Positions 1-8,769 of a stretch of 64,000 nt of DNA are shown here, piece after piece. The DNA is from an uncultured Brevinematales bacterium (GTDB taxonomy: Bacteria; Spirochaetota; Brevinematia; Brevinematales; CAYRWR01), in NCBI GenBank assembly GCA_964428015.1, contig CAYRWR010000006.1:64856-128855 (forward strand), read 5' to 3'. The stretch's first letter is position 1. Each line of letters opens with the position of its first letter. Position numbers and translations under genes: made by a program. The notes beneath the pieces are model-generated. The model ran no database searches. It worked only from the letters and a program-made list of their open reading frames with translations, and was not told the origin of the DNA.

Positions 1-222
1 CATCATGCCTATGAAAGAGCTCCGGAACAATACCGCAAAGATGCCTATATAGTCAACATTGCCAATCGTCTGAGCTATAATATCGCCCGCGGAACAGGTA
101 CCGAATTCGGCAACAATAAAATTGTTGAAGCCAATGAATATGGCAAGCTGGGCATGACCAATGGAGACGTAGAAGACCTGCTGCGCTCTATCAAGCTCAG
201 TCTGCAAAGCGTCAGACTCTAA
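1..222 (+). CDS. C-terminal fragment of an HD/HDOD-type signalling-domain protein (5' end off window)
   Basis: Frame 1 is open from the window edge to TAA at 220-222. The tail reads HHAYERAPEQYRKDAYIVNIANRL...LGMTNGDVEDLL and resembles the end of HDOD-like domains. Assigned by eye only. Confidence 0.4.
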   Translation, partial: HHAYERAPEQYRKDAYIVNIANRLSYNIARGTGTEFGNNKIVEANEYGKLGMTNGDVEDLLRSIKLSLQSVRL

Positions 223-243
223 CGTCATACAGAGGAGAAAATC

Positions 244-1320
244 GTGGACAAACAATTGCTGGAAGAATTACGAAAAAAAATAAACAAAATCGATACCCAA
301 ATCGTCAAGTTATTGGACGACAGAGCGGAATGTGTCAAAGAGATAGGGGAGTACAAAAAAGCCAATAATATTCCCATTTATCAGCCTGACCGGGAAAAAA
401 GTGTTAAAAACCGTGTCCTGGAAGCCTCCCGTAGGATATTTCCCACCGGTGCTTTGATGCATATTTTCACAGAAATTGTTTCAGCGGCACGCAGCCTGGA
501 AGAACCCCTTATGATCGGATACCTGGGGCCGGAAGGTACCTTTACAGAACAGGCTGCCGTTAAGCATTTCGGCAGTAGTGTGGAGCTGCACCCCATGCCC
601 ACCATTTCCGATGTCTTCAGAGAAATAGAAAATGGAAAAGTTAACTATGGAGTCGTACCCATTGAGAATAGTGTAGGGGGAACAGTACCTCAGACCCTGG
701 ATGAATTTGTGGACAGTCCCATCCAGATAGTTGGTGAAAACTTTCTGGCCATCCACCATAATCTTCTGGCTAATATAGATGATCTCAAGGAAATCAAGAG
801 AGTTTACTCTCATCCTCAAAGCTTCTCTCAATGCCGCATCTGGCTGGAGACCAATCTGCCTAATGTAGAACGAATAGAAGTGTCTTCTAATGCCAAAGCG
901 GCCTCCATGGTACCCTGGGATAAATTTTCAGCCGCTATTGCCGGAAACATCGCGGCAGAAAAATACGGTCTGAACATCATCGAAAGTAATATTGAAGATA
1001 ACCCCGAAAATACCACCCGGTTCTGGGTACTGTCCAGCAGTCCCCAGGAGATCGAAAATGCGGACAAGACTACTGTACTGGTCAGCGTAAAAGACAAACC
1101 GGGAGCCCTGCTTAAACTGCTGTCTCCTTTCCAGGTTTTCGGGATTAATCTGTCCAAGATTGAGTCGCGTCCTTCCCGGCGCCGCTCCTGGGACTATTTA
1201 TTCTTTATAGATATCGAAGGCAGCATCAAAAGTGCCTCTGTACAGAAAGCTTTGGATAAAGTCCGTGAAGACGCGGTCTTTGTCAAAGTCCTGGGTTCCT
1301 ATAACAAAGGAGCGCTTTAG
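244..1320 (+). CDS. pheA: Bifunctional chorismate mutase / prephenate dehydratase (P-protein)
   Basis: 358 aa with a GTG start and GGAG upstream. N-terminal type II chorismate-mutase helices (LRKKINKIDTQIVKLLDDR). Prephenate dehydratase/ACT hallmarks TRF (TTRFWVL) and ESRP (KIESRPS). Confidence 0.93.
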   Translation: MDKQLLEELRKKINKIDTQIVKLLDDRAECVKEIGEYKKANNIPIYQPDREKSVKNRVLEASRRIFPTGALMHIFTEIVSAARSLEEPLMIGYLGPEGTFTEQAAVKHFGSSVELHPMPTISDVFREIENGKVNYGVVPIENSVGGTVPQTLDEFVDSPIQIVGENFLAIHHNLLANIDDLKEIKRVYSHPQSFSQCRIWLETNLPNVERIEVSSNAKAASMVPWDKFSAAIAGNIAAEKYGLNIIESNIEDNPENTTRFWVLSSSPQEIENADKTTVLVSVKDKPGALLKLLSPFQVFGINLSKIESRPSRRRSWDYLFFIDIEGSIKSASVQKALDKVREDAVFVKVLGSYNKGAL

Positions 1321-1323
1321 ACT

Positions 1324-2133
1324 GTGAATATTTTCCAATATCCAGAGCTTGAAAAAATCACTGAAACTGCTCGCCTGGCAGCCCGTGCCGGCGGTGAGGT
1401 CTTAAAACGCGGCTTTAACCAGGAAAAAAACATCACTTTAAAAGGTTTTGCTGATCCGGTGACCCAATTTGACAAAGAATCAGAATCAGTGATAGTCGAT
1501 CTGATTCAGTCGGTTTTTCCGGCACATTCCATCCTCACGGAGGAGGAACTCAGTCAGGATAAGAACAGTACAGTAAAATGGATTATCGATCCCCTGGACG
1601 GAACGGTTAATTTCACTCATCGAATCCCTTATATCTGTGTCTCTATAGGTGTGGAAATAGAAGGACAATTGGCCGTCGGTATTATTTATAATCCCATCCT
1701 GGATGAGTTTTATGAAGCTGTCAAAGGAAAAGGGGCAACCCTGAATGGTGAACGAATCAAAGTGTCCCGGGTATCAGATATAGGTCAGTCCCTTTTGGCT
1801 ACCGGTTTTCCTTATCATCGAGAGGGCCGACTGGAACATCTTCTTATCCCTTTTAAAAAAGTAGTGATGGACTTCCAGGGATTCCGTCGTCTGGGATCAG
1901 CTGCAATGGATCTGGCGTATGTGGCTTGTGGAAAATGTGAAGGTTTCTATGAAGAAGGATTACAACCCTGGGATACAGCAGCCGGCACAGTAATTGTGGA
2001 GGAAGCTGGCGGCAAAGTAACAGATTATTTTGGCAAGCCCTTTTCAGCCTACCAGAAGACTATAATAGCTTCCAACCAACTTATACATTCCACCATGGTA
2101 GCCATGTGTGACAGAGTCATTGCCCCCAAATAA
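1324..2133 (+). CDS. suhB: Inositol monophosphatase family protein
   Basis: 269 aa. IMPase motifs WIIDPLDGTVNF and WDTAAG. Starts 4 nt after the pheA stop. Confidence 0.9.
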   Translation: MNIFQYPELEKITETARLAARAGGEVLKRGFNQEKNITLKGFADPVTQFDKESESVIVDLIQSVFPAHSILTEEELSQDKNSTVKWIIDPLDGTVNFTHRIPYICVSIGVEIEGQLAVGIIYNPILDEFYEAVKGKGATLNGERIKVSRVSDIGQSLLATGFPYHREGRLEHLLIPFKKVVMDFQGFRRLGSAAMDLAYVACGKCEGFYEEGLQPWDTAAGTVIVEEAGGKVTDYFGKPFSAYQKTIIASNQLIHSTMVAMCDRVIAPK

Positions 2134-2143
2134 TTCCTGCCGA

Positions 2144-2800
2144 TTAGAACTTAAGATATAAAACTTCGATCTCTTCTTTATTCATCATCAGACCCCAGGG
2201 CACCCAGTTTTTAGCCACTGCCGCGTCTATCTGTGAAGCTAATTTATCCGGCTGGGGCAGATAGCTTTTCAACAGCCATTCTTTGACTTCCAGGTCATAG
2301 ATCTGGACACAGAGCAGGTATTTGATAGGACTGGCGGAAGATAAAGCCATGGGTATAAAGCCGGCTCTGGTTTTTTGATTGATGAGATCTTCCTGTTTCT
2401 GATAGCTGTCAGGCAGAGTCAGGAGCTCCCATTGCGCGATATCCCAGGAGGTCTTGATATAGATAATATAGAGCTGGTTATTTCTGACAGAGAGCGCACT
2501 GGGGATATAGGATGCTTCCAGTCTTTTATTAATACTGTCCACTATACCTGATTCCCCTATAGTTTCCAGATCCAGTACTTCCATAAAATAATCTTCAGCA
2601 ATATCAGGCATGTTGATATACAGTAGTATCAGCTGCTGTTGGTATAATTCCATACCCACCGGCAGATATTTATCCTTCCACATTTTATCCATTTCACGCT
2701 GAATGGTCTGACTTTCCAGGCTGTGAGTCCGGAGCTGCCAGAAAGGTTGTGCAAATGAGAGTACCGGTAAGTAGATAAAAAGGATTAATAATATTCGCAT
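2144..2800 (-). CDS. Secreted protein with about four internal ~48-aa repeats; last gene of the pseudopilus operon
   Basis: 218 aa. Signal peptide MRILLILFIYLPVLSFAQ. Recurring [YFW]-[ILV]-P-x-[GA]-[LM]...LY[IL] modules (KYLPVGMEL..LILLYI, SYIPSALSV..LYIIYI, GFIPMALSS..YLLCVQIY, NWVPWGLMM..EVLYLKF). AGGAA lies upstream of the ATG. Confidence 0.6.
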   Translation of the reverse strand: MRILLILFIYLPVLSFAQPFWQLRTHSLESQTIQREMDKMWKDKYLPVGMELYQQQLILLYINMPDIAEDYFMEVLDLETIGESGIVDSINKRLEASYIPSALSVRNNQLYIIYIKTSWDIAQWELLTLPDSYQKQEDLINQKTRAGFIPMALSSASPIKYLLCVQIYDLEVKEWLLKSYLPQPDKLASQIDAAVAKNWVPWGLMMNKEEIEVLYLKF

Positions 2801-2830
2801 TCTCTGATTTCCTGTAATTTCAATTTTTCT

Positions 2831-3463
2831 TTAAGGGTTAGCTACGCCAAAGCCTCCGGAAAACGTCAGTTTATAATACTGCCGGTTCTTGGCCATAATG
2901 ACATAATCCTGACGAATCTGGTACACAGTCTCGCCCAGTACACTATCACCCTGGACTACCATATAGGTCTTGGAACTGCTGGAACTAATTGGTTGCCCAT
3001 CCGGACCGAAACGGTAAGAATAGGGGACATTATTATTACCCCCGTCTCCATAATGCTGGGCTTCTTCCAGGTTGGCGTAGTACTCATTGTTCACTTTAAC
3101 AATGGATTTTAGCTTAAATCTGGAAACATAAGCTTTTTCCACAGGAGTGACATTGTACTGCGGATTGTTATCAGTAGGACGCACATCAAGCTTTTTTACC
3201 ACTTTTGGTCTGGTGACTTCTTCTTTGGGTCTCACTCCATTGGGAATGAGGAAAGGGTCGCGCAGTGAATGGAAATCGATAGGGTTCAGCATATCTTCCT
3301 GTTTTTTTGTATCCTGTACCAGACTATTTCCATTATTCTGGCTGGCTGAGTTAAAAATACTGTGTATGACGGTGCCCATTTTGGGGAAGATAAAGAAAGG
3401 CCACAGGATGACATTAACAGCGATGAAAAGGATGGTTAGGTTTCGTTTTTGTTTTTCATCCAT
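2831..3463 (-). CDS. Bitopic PilP/GspC-like pseudopilus assembly protein
   Basis: 210 aa. One N-terminal TM helix (LTILFIAVNVILWPFFIF). The C-terminal beta-rich segment YMVVQGDSVLGETVYQIRQDYVIMAKNRQYYKLTF resembles PilP/GspC HR domains. Operon position supports the call. Confidence 0.5.
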   Translation of the reverse strand: MDEKQKRNLTILFIAVNVILWPFFIFPKMGTVIHSIFNSASQNNGNSLVQDTKKQEDMLNPIDFHSLRDPFLIPNGVRPKEEVTRPKVVKKLDVRPTDNNPQYNVTPVEKAYVSRFKLKSIVKVNNEYYANLEEAQHYGDGGNNNVPYSYRFGPDGQPISSSSSKTYMVVQGDSVLGETVYQIRQDYVIMAKNRQYYKLTFSGGFGVANP

Positions 3464-3466
3464 GGC

Positions 3467-3967
3467 TTAATCCTCAATATTTTTTTTGTAAACACGCAGG
3501 GAAATTTCTGTTTCCAGTTTATTGCGTACAAATTTCATGTTGAGACTGGATATCTGAATGGGCAGCTTGGACCTTTCCATAAAATCAATAAAATTGGCTA
3601 TCTGAGGGAAAAGGGAAGTGGTAGAAATCTTTAAGACTGTGATTTCCAGATTGTTTTCAACACTTATTCCCTGGCTTTCAATCTTAATTCGATCCAGGCC
3701 GGATAGCTCACCGATCTTGGGCAGGGTCGCAATAAATTCAGAGGTAGATTTGGAGGTAAAGGACTGCCGGCTGGCATTTTCAAATTCCAGCTCCAGACTC
3801 CGTACTGTCCTTTCATAAAATTTAATGTTTTCCACATCTTTCAGATTGGTCTCAATCCTGGTTAATTCACGAATCACGCGGTTATAGATTAAAAAATTAT
3901 AGGTGAAAAAGGATAACCAGGCCACAGATACAATAATAAAGATCCAGTATAGATTGAATTTTTTCAT
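3467..3967 (-). CDS. Bitopic PilO/GspM-like assembly protein
   Basis: 166 aa. N-terminal TM helix (LYWIFIIVSVAWLSFFTYNFLIY), then a coiled-coil-like segment and a small periplasmic domain. 4-nt overlap with the upstream gene. Confidence 0.5.
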   Translation of the reverse strand: MKKFNLYWIFIIVSVAWLSFFTYNFLIYNRVIRELTRIETNLKDVENIKFYERTVRSLELEFENASRQSFTSKSTSEFIATLPKIGELSGLDRIKIESQGISVENNLEITVLKISTTSLFPQIANFIDFMERSKLPIQISSLNMKFVRNKLETEISLRVYKKNIED

Positions 3968-5433
3968 TGCTTTACTCCGAATTCAATGGTGAATTTGAGC
4001 CGTGCAGTGTTATCCGCTTTTATCATATCTGCATCCTTGAGTATCACGTCCTTTAGAGTTTTAGAATTGACTAAGAGGGTGATAAATTGTTCTAGTCCTC
4101 CGCTGGATGAAGATAAGCCTTTCATAACCCCCAGATTATTATCCAGCCCCAGACTTTCGATCCACACATCATCAGGAATCAAACGGGCAATCTCAGCAAC
4201 GATGAGTTTAATATTGGAAGACTGGATTCCGGAATTTTTTACTTCTTCAATTTTGCGCATCAATTCTTCCTGGCGTGTTTTTAAACTTGAGATCTTCTCT
4301 ATGGTATGCAAAGTCTCGGCCATTTCTTTGACTTTGGGATTTTTTATCTGGTCAGCCGGTGTATTTTTAGCTCGGACAATGATACTGTATCTCTGATTTG
4401 CCGCCAGAATCACAGGATAAAAAGAAAGAGAGAAGATATTGAACACAATCAGGATTACCACAACGATACGCATCACTACATCCATAGTATGGAGTTTTCG
4501 TACCTGCTGTGAAGAGATCTGCAAATTTAAATAACTCTTGTAGGAAAAACCCAGAATATCGTACATCTGGGTGTCCATACCTTCCACCTGGAAAATAGGC
4601 AGAAAATCTGACTTTGAGGCATCCAGAGTGATAATATTCAGAGAGTCCAGGAGAGTTTCGGTAACATTGCTCATATCACCTGTAGTTTGATTAATAACTA
4701 CGATTCTTTCCAGAAAAGCCACGCGGCGCTGTATAAAATCCGCGAAGTAATCCACAATATTATGAATAGTGATATGGTTTATATTATCAAAATTTCCAAT
4801 ATAATGGGCAAAAGAAATGATTTTTTTCTTAAGTATGACATAGAGTTCGATGGCATGGTGGGTGATATACACATAACCGATACTGTTTTCGGTATTACCT
4901 ACATCAATGGTGCTCAGGATGTTGATAGGCAGATAGCTGACATCCTCTACAATGATATTCAGATTTTTAAAGGTCTTAATATATTTATCCACTTCGTCTT
5001 TTTTGGCGATTACGGCCAGCACATTCCAGATGCGGGTATTATTTTCATACAGCTGGGATACAATCTTGTAGGAAAAATAAGCTTCTTCAATAGACAACGG
5101 GATATTCCGCTCCATTTCCCACAAGATGGCTGACTCAATTTTTTCTTTGGGGATTCCCGGAAAGCTGAGATATAAAGGGATAATCGAAGTAGAGGAGAGG
5201 GTCAGGTTGATGCGGCGGATTTTATGGGAAGCATTTTTTTCCAGAAAACGTTCCAGTACAAAGGCAAAACGGCCGCTGTCTTCCAGTTTTTCCGTCTTGA
5301 CAGCGATGATCCGGAATACTCCCAGAAAACGGATGGATTCAATAAAACGGATTTCATCATTGCCGATATCTATATTGACTCTCAGGATTCCCAGATATTC
5401 CAGTATTCTACGGAAGAGTTTGATCCTATTCAT
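3964..5433 (-). CDS. PilM-PilN fusion / GspL-like inner-membrane assembly protein
   Basis: 489 aa. About 320-aa cytoplasmic part (VNIDIGNDEIRFIE..., actin-like PilM pattern), a single TM helix (VVMRIVVVILIVFNIFSLSFYPVILAA) and a ~140-aa periplasmic tail. Overlaps both neighbouring genes. Confidence 0.55.
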   Translation of the reverse strand: MNRIKLFRRILEYLGILRVNIDIGNDEIRFIESIRFLGVFRIIAVKTEKLEDSGRFAFVLERFLEKNASHKIRRINLTLSSTSIIPLYLSFPGIPKEKIESAILWEMERNIPLSIEEAYFSYKIVSQLYENNTRIWNVLAVIAKKDEVDKYIKTFKNLNIIVEDVSYLPINILSTIDVGNTENSIGYVYITHHAIELYVILKKKIISFAHYIGNFDNINHITIHNIVDYFADFIQRRVAFLERIVVINQTTGDMSNVTETLLDSLNIITLDASKSDFLPIFQVEGMDTQMYDILGFSYKSYLNLQISSQQVRKLHTMDVVMRIVVVILIVFNIFSLSFYPVILAANQRYSIIVRAKNTPADQIKNPKVKEMAETLHTIEKISSLKTRQEELMRKIEEVKNSGIQSSNIKLIVAEIARLIPDDVWIESLGLDNNLGVMKGLSSSSGGLEQFITLLVNSKTLKDVILKDADMIKADNTARLKFTIEFGVKQ

Positions 5434-5905
5434 TTTTTGCCTCTCCTTTTTTATAACCCAGAATCATTATCTTACTAATATCCTGTCCCGGCATATCAAT
5501 AAGAAGATCCACTGCTTTACGCCCGGATTCTTCTATCACTGCCATATTGATTTTAATCGCTTTATCTATACTGAATACTTTCTGGCCTACCAGCCCCTGG
5601 GCAGTCCTCTTATCCAGATAGACTTGCTTCCCTTTTACATAAAAATCCTGGCGAGTCCCGCTAAAGGTCTGAAGGATCACAGTACCATTGGTCAGTTGTG
5701 TCACCTGGTAGGAGTCCCTGACTATGGAGTCCATAATACGGCTCAGCAGTATGGCCTGGGTCCGGCTTTCATCTGAGCCTACCACCCCGGTCATCAGACG
5801 CATACTGGCTGATAACAGATTGATAATAGCCAGCATGGCTATGGCGAAGAGGCTTAATGAGATCATCATTTCAATCAAAGTAAAAGCCGGAGTTTTTCGC
5901 TTCAT
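5426..5905 (-). CDS. Minor pseudopilin (prepilin-type N-terminal cleavage/methylation domain)
   Basis: 159 aa. N-terminus MKRKTPA|FTLIEMMISLSLFAIAML, with Glu at +5 and a hydrophobic helix. Confidence 0.8.
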   Translation of the reverse strand: MKRKTPAFTLIEMMISLSLFAIAMLAIINLLSASMRLMTGVVGSDESRTQAILLSRIMDSIVRDSYQVTQLTNGTVILQTFSGTRQDFYVKGKQVYLDKRTAQGLVGQKVFSIDKAIKINMAVIEESGRKAVDLLIDMPGQDISKIMILGYKKGEAKNE

Positions 5906-6363
5906 TTCAATCTCTTCAGGTATTCTTCAGAAAAAGTGGTCTCTACCCAGAACTGTCTGGCTTTGGTATTTGTGCTGAGGCTTTGCCAGATCAATTCTAT
6001 ACCTACATCTACCAGTAACGGATCCCAACGGCGGATCTTTTTATTAATCAGCATCAGTATGCCTTCAGGTGTGGTAATTCTCTGGGGGGGCAACAGTTTA
6101 GGCAGTTTAACATTCGGTCCCAGAATACTCAGTTCATTGGTTGTAAATAAGGCTTTTTTCAGATCTTTAGCCATGTATATCTCATTGAGATAGCGGTCAC
6201 TAATCTGGGTGGCAGTCTGCAGTTTCTCATCCACATGCATGAACCGGGTGGCATTGGACAGCAGTGTGATGATACTGCTGGATGCCATGGCAATAATGCT
6301 CAGAGCCACCAATACTTCAATCAGTGAAAAGGCCGGGTAAGTCCGTACCGGTCTTTTTTTCAT
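5902..6363 (-). CDS. Minor pseudopilin (GspI-like size)
   Basis: 153 aa. N-terminus MKKRPVRTYPA|FSLIEVLVALSIIAMA. ATGA-type overlap with the next gene. Confidence 0.8.
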   Translation of the reverse strand: MKKRPVRTYPAFSLIEVLVALSIIAMASSSIITLLSNATRFMHVDEKLQTATQISDRYLNEIYMAKDLKKALFTTNELSILGPNVKLPKLLPPQRITTPEGILMLINKKIRRWDPLLVDVGIELIWQSLSTNTKARQFWVETTFSEEYLKRLK

Positions 6364-6365
6364 AT

Positions 6366-6779
6366 CTATATACTATCTTCTTTGACGATGTCGTCAGGTG
6401 TATCAAATTTCTTGTCAGGCCCGGCAGATGTAATGACAATAAGGGTCATTCCGGTAGGATTAGTTTTAACACCTATCCTGTAATCTGTATTCCAGGGATC
6501 AGTTTGGAGTTCTTTGGAAATAAAACCTTCTTTCTGCAGTGCGTCAGCACTGGTTGGATAAGTGTTATTGTTCTGATGATAGGCGTATATAGCCAGTTTC
6601 AGATTATTCATTTCTACTTTCAAGGCCTGCTTGGAAGCAGTGTCCTGGATACGGGAGTAGGTCGCCATACCGATGGCCATTAATATCCCTATAATAGTAA
6701 GTACGATCAGCATTTCCAGAAGGGTAAAGGCATCCCATTTTCTAGGTGACAGCGTTCTGCGGTGAATTTTTCTCATCAT
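6366..6779 (-). CDS. gspG: GspG-like major pseudopilin
   Basis: 137 aa. ...KWDA|FTLLEMLIVLTIIGILMAIGMATY, plus the GspG-like C-terminus DPWNTDYRIG...ITSAGPDKKFDTPDDI. AGGAGG lies upstream. Confidence 0.85.
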   Translation of the reverse strand: MMRKIHRRTLSPRKWDAFTLLEMLIVLTIIGILMAIGMATYSRIQDTASKQALKVEMNNLKLAIYAYHQNNNTYPTSADALQKEGFISKELQTDPWNTDYRIGVKTNPTGMTLIVITSAGPDKKFDTPDDIVKEDSI

Positions 6780-6793
6780 CTTCCTCCTAAAAC

Positions 6794-6822
6794 ATTATAC
6801 TTATTATAAACTAAAAATACAA
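6794..6822 (-). promoter_or_regulatory. Candidate sigma70-type promoter of the pseudopilus operon
   Basis: On the minus strand TTGTAT-17 nt-TATAAT, just upstream of AGGAGG and the ATG. A second TATAAT lies at 6803-6808. Confidence 0.4.
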
Positions 6823-6859
6823 TTTTGGAAGAGCCAGAAGTAATATTACTGAAAATATT

Positions 6860-6887
6860 TTGACAATAGCAGGCTTTGCCTTACAAT
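6860..6887 (+). promoter_or_regulatory. Candidate sigma70-type promoter for the DUF2207 gene
   Basis: TTGACA (6860-6865), 16 nt, TACAAT (6882-6887), about 25 nt before the AAGGAG RBS. Confidence 0.5.
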
Positions 6888-6913
6888 GTGAGTAATATTT
6901 CAAGGAGCCGGAT

Positions 6914-8707
6914 ATGCTTAAAAAGTCTCTTCTCTTCCTGTTATTGTTTGTGCCGTTGACACTGCACGCGGAAAGCTTTACCATCAATGATTATAATGTA
7001 AATATGGAAGTCTTCAAAGACGGCAGGGTCAAAGTATCTGAAAATATCCTGGTGGATTTTGACAGCAGTAAACGGGGGATTTTCCGGGTCATACCATACC
7101 GCTCCTACGTAAACGGCGCCTGGAAGGAAATCCGCATCAGTCAGATCCGGTCAAAAGAGCCAAAAAAGGTCACCCGAAAATACGGTGAAGTCAATATACG
7201 CTTTGGGAAGAGCGATGTCTGGCTGCCGGTGGGTGAGAAAAACTATGAGTTTTCCTATATGGTGGACAAGGTGATGCTGACCGCCTCCACTAATTATGAT
7301 GAACTGTACTGGAATGTAATCGGTACCAAATGGGAAGTCCCTATCTATCATACTCATGTTGAAATAAAATTTCCTGAAGGGGTAATCCTCAAGGATAATC
7401 TTCAGTATCGCATTTATATTGGAAAAGAAGGCAGTACCAAAGAATATCATGACTATGAGCAGGAGGAATGGAACGGAGAACCCGTAAAAGAGACTTATGA
7501 TTCCCTGAGAGAATCCCGTTTCCAGACAGTTGAAAGCTACGCGGGTGTCCGGCAAAAGATTGAAGGTAGCACCCTTATTTTGGATTATGCAGCTACATTA
7601 CAGCCTTACGAAGGCCTCACGGTTCAGATCCGTTTAAAAAAAGGGTTTATTAAAATCACCACCTGGCAGATCATCAAAGATTTTCTTTATGAATGGTATC
7701 ATCTGATTTTCACAGGTATACTGGTCCTGGCTTCTCTATTGATCTGGGCTAAATGGGGCAAGGATGAGAAGGTCCATGTCATGGTGGAGTATTTCCCTCC
7801 CGATGTATCTCCCTCTGAAGCAGCCTCCATTATGCGTCAGGCCAGCCATTTTGACATGTCGGCTACACTGGTAGACCTGGCCCGCCGGGGTTACCTTACC
7901 ATTGGAGAAGAAGGCAAGAAGAAGTTCGTAGAAAAGAAAAAAGAGCCGGATAGCAATTTAAAGAGTTATGAAAAGAAGTTGATGGAAAAATTATTTAAAG
8001 CGGTGTATACAGATAGTCAGAATAATAACCGTGTCTATACCGATTCTCTCACCGACATTTTTTACAGTGATTTTGAGGTGATAAAAGCTGATTTTGCCTC
8101 TGTGTTTGACAAAAAGGGATATTTTAAAAAGACCGGCAATCAATGGAGAGGTTTCTATATTTTCCTCATAATTGCTGCACTGGGGCTACTGTTCCTGGCT
8201 CTGGTTTATTGGGAGTCTCCTAAAAAGCTGATGCTGTTCCTTTTCCTGTCTATCATCAATAATGCTATTTTTGCCTACATCATGCCGCAAAAGTCTGAAA
8301 AAGGTTTGAATGCCTACCGTCAGATTCTTGGCTTCAAGGAATTTATCCTGCGAGCGGAACAAGACAAGATCATGCGCCTGTTCAATGAAAATAGAAAATA
8401 TTTTGATGAAACTATCGCCTACGCCATGGCCTTTGGTCTGGCTGGAAAATGGGGCCGGATGTTTAACAATCTGATGTCTCAACCGCCTGACTGGTACCAG
8501 GGCTATAGCGGTACAGGTGCTTTCCGTCCCTCCAGTTTTATTTACACTTTAAGCTCCTATACCCGTACCTTCCAATCGGCTGCTACTTCTACACCCAGCA
8601 GTTCTGGGTCGGGTTCAGGCAGCTCGTCCAGCTGGTCCGGCGGCGGGGGCAGCTGGGGCGGCAGTTCCGGCGGCGGATTCGGCGGCGGCGGCGGGGGCAG
8701 CTGGTAG
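6914..8707 (+). CDS. DUF2207-family membrane protein with a Gly/Ser-rich C-terminal tail
   Basis: 597 aa. Signal peptide. N-terminal pattern INDYNVNMEVFKDGRVKVSENILVDFDSSKRGIFRVIPYRS is typical of DUF2207. Central TM helices. The tail ends ...GGGFGGGGGGSW. Confidence 0.8.
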   Translation: MLKKSLLFLLLFVPLTLHAESFTINDYNVNMEVFKDGRVKVSENILVDFDSSKRGIFRVIPYRSYVNGAWKEIRISQIRSKEPKKVTRKYGEVNIRFGKSDVWLPVGEKNYEFSYMVDKVMLTASTNYDELYWNVIGTKWEVPIYHTHVEIKFPEGVILKDNLQYRIYIGKEGSTKEYHDYEQEEWNGEPVKETYDSLRESRFQTVESYAGVRQKIEGSTLILDYAATLQPYEGLTVQIRLKKGFIKITTWQIIKDFLYEWYHLIFTGILVLASLLIWAKWGKDEKVHVMVEYFPPDVSPSEAASIMRQASHFDMSATLVDLARRGYLTIGEEGKKKFVEKKKEPDSNLKSYEKKLMEKLFKAVYTDSQNNNRVYTDSLTDIFYSDFEVIKADFASVFDKKGYFKKTGNQWRGFYIFLIIAALGLLFLALVYWESPKKLMLFLFLSIINNAIFAYIMPQKSEKGLNAYRQILGFKEFILRAEQDKIMRLFNENRKYFDETIAYAMAFGLAGKWGRMFNNLMSQPPDWYQGYSGTGAFRPSSFIYTLSSYTRTFQSAATSTPSSSGSGSGSSSSWSGGGGSWGGSSGGGFGGGGGGSW

Positions 8708-8769
8708 AACCAGGAGCCAAACCTATCCTTATTAGTTTTTGATTCTATTTTTTTCCAAAGAGGTTAATT

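Noticed and set aside
8560-8707. GGC/AGC-rich simple-sequence stretch that could be taken for a VNTR or repeat array.
   Set aside because: It is in frame and encodes the Gly/Ser-rich C-terminal tail (…SSGSGSGSSSSWSGGGGSWGGSSGGGFGGGGGGSW) typical of DUF2207-family proteins. It has no unit periodicity beyond codon level.
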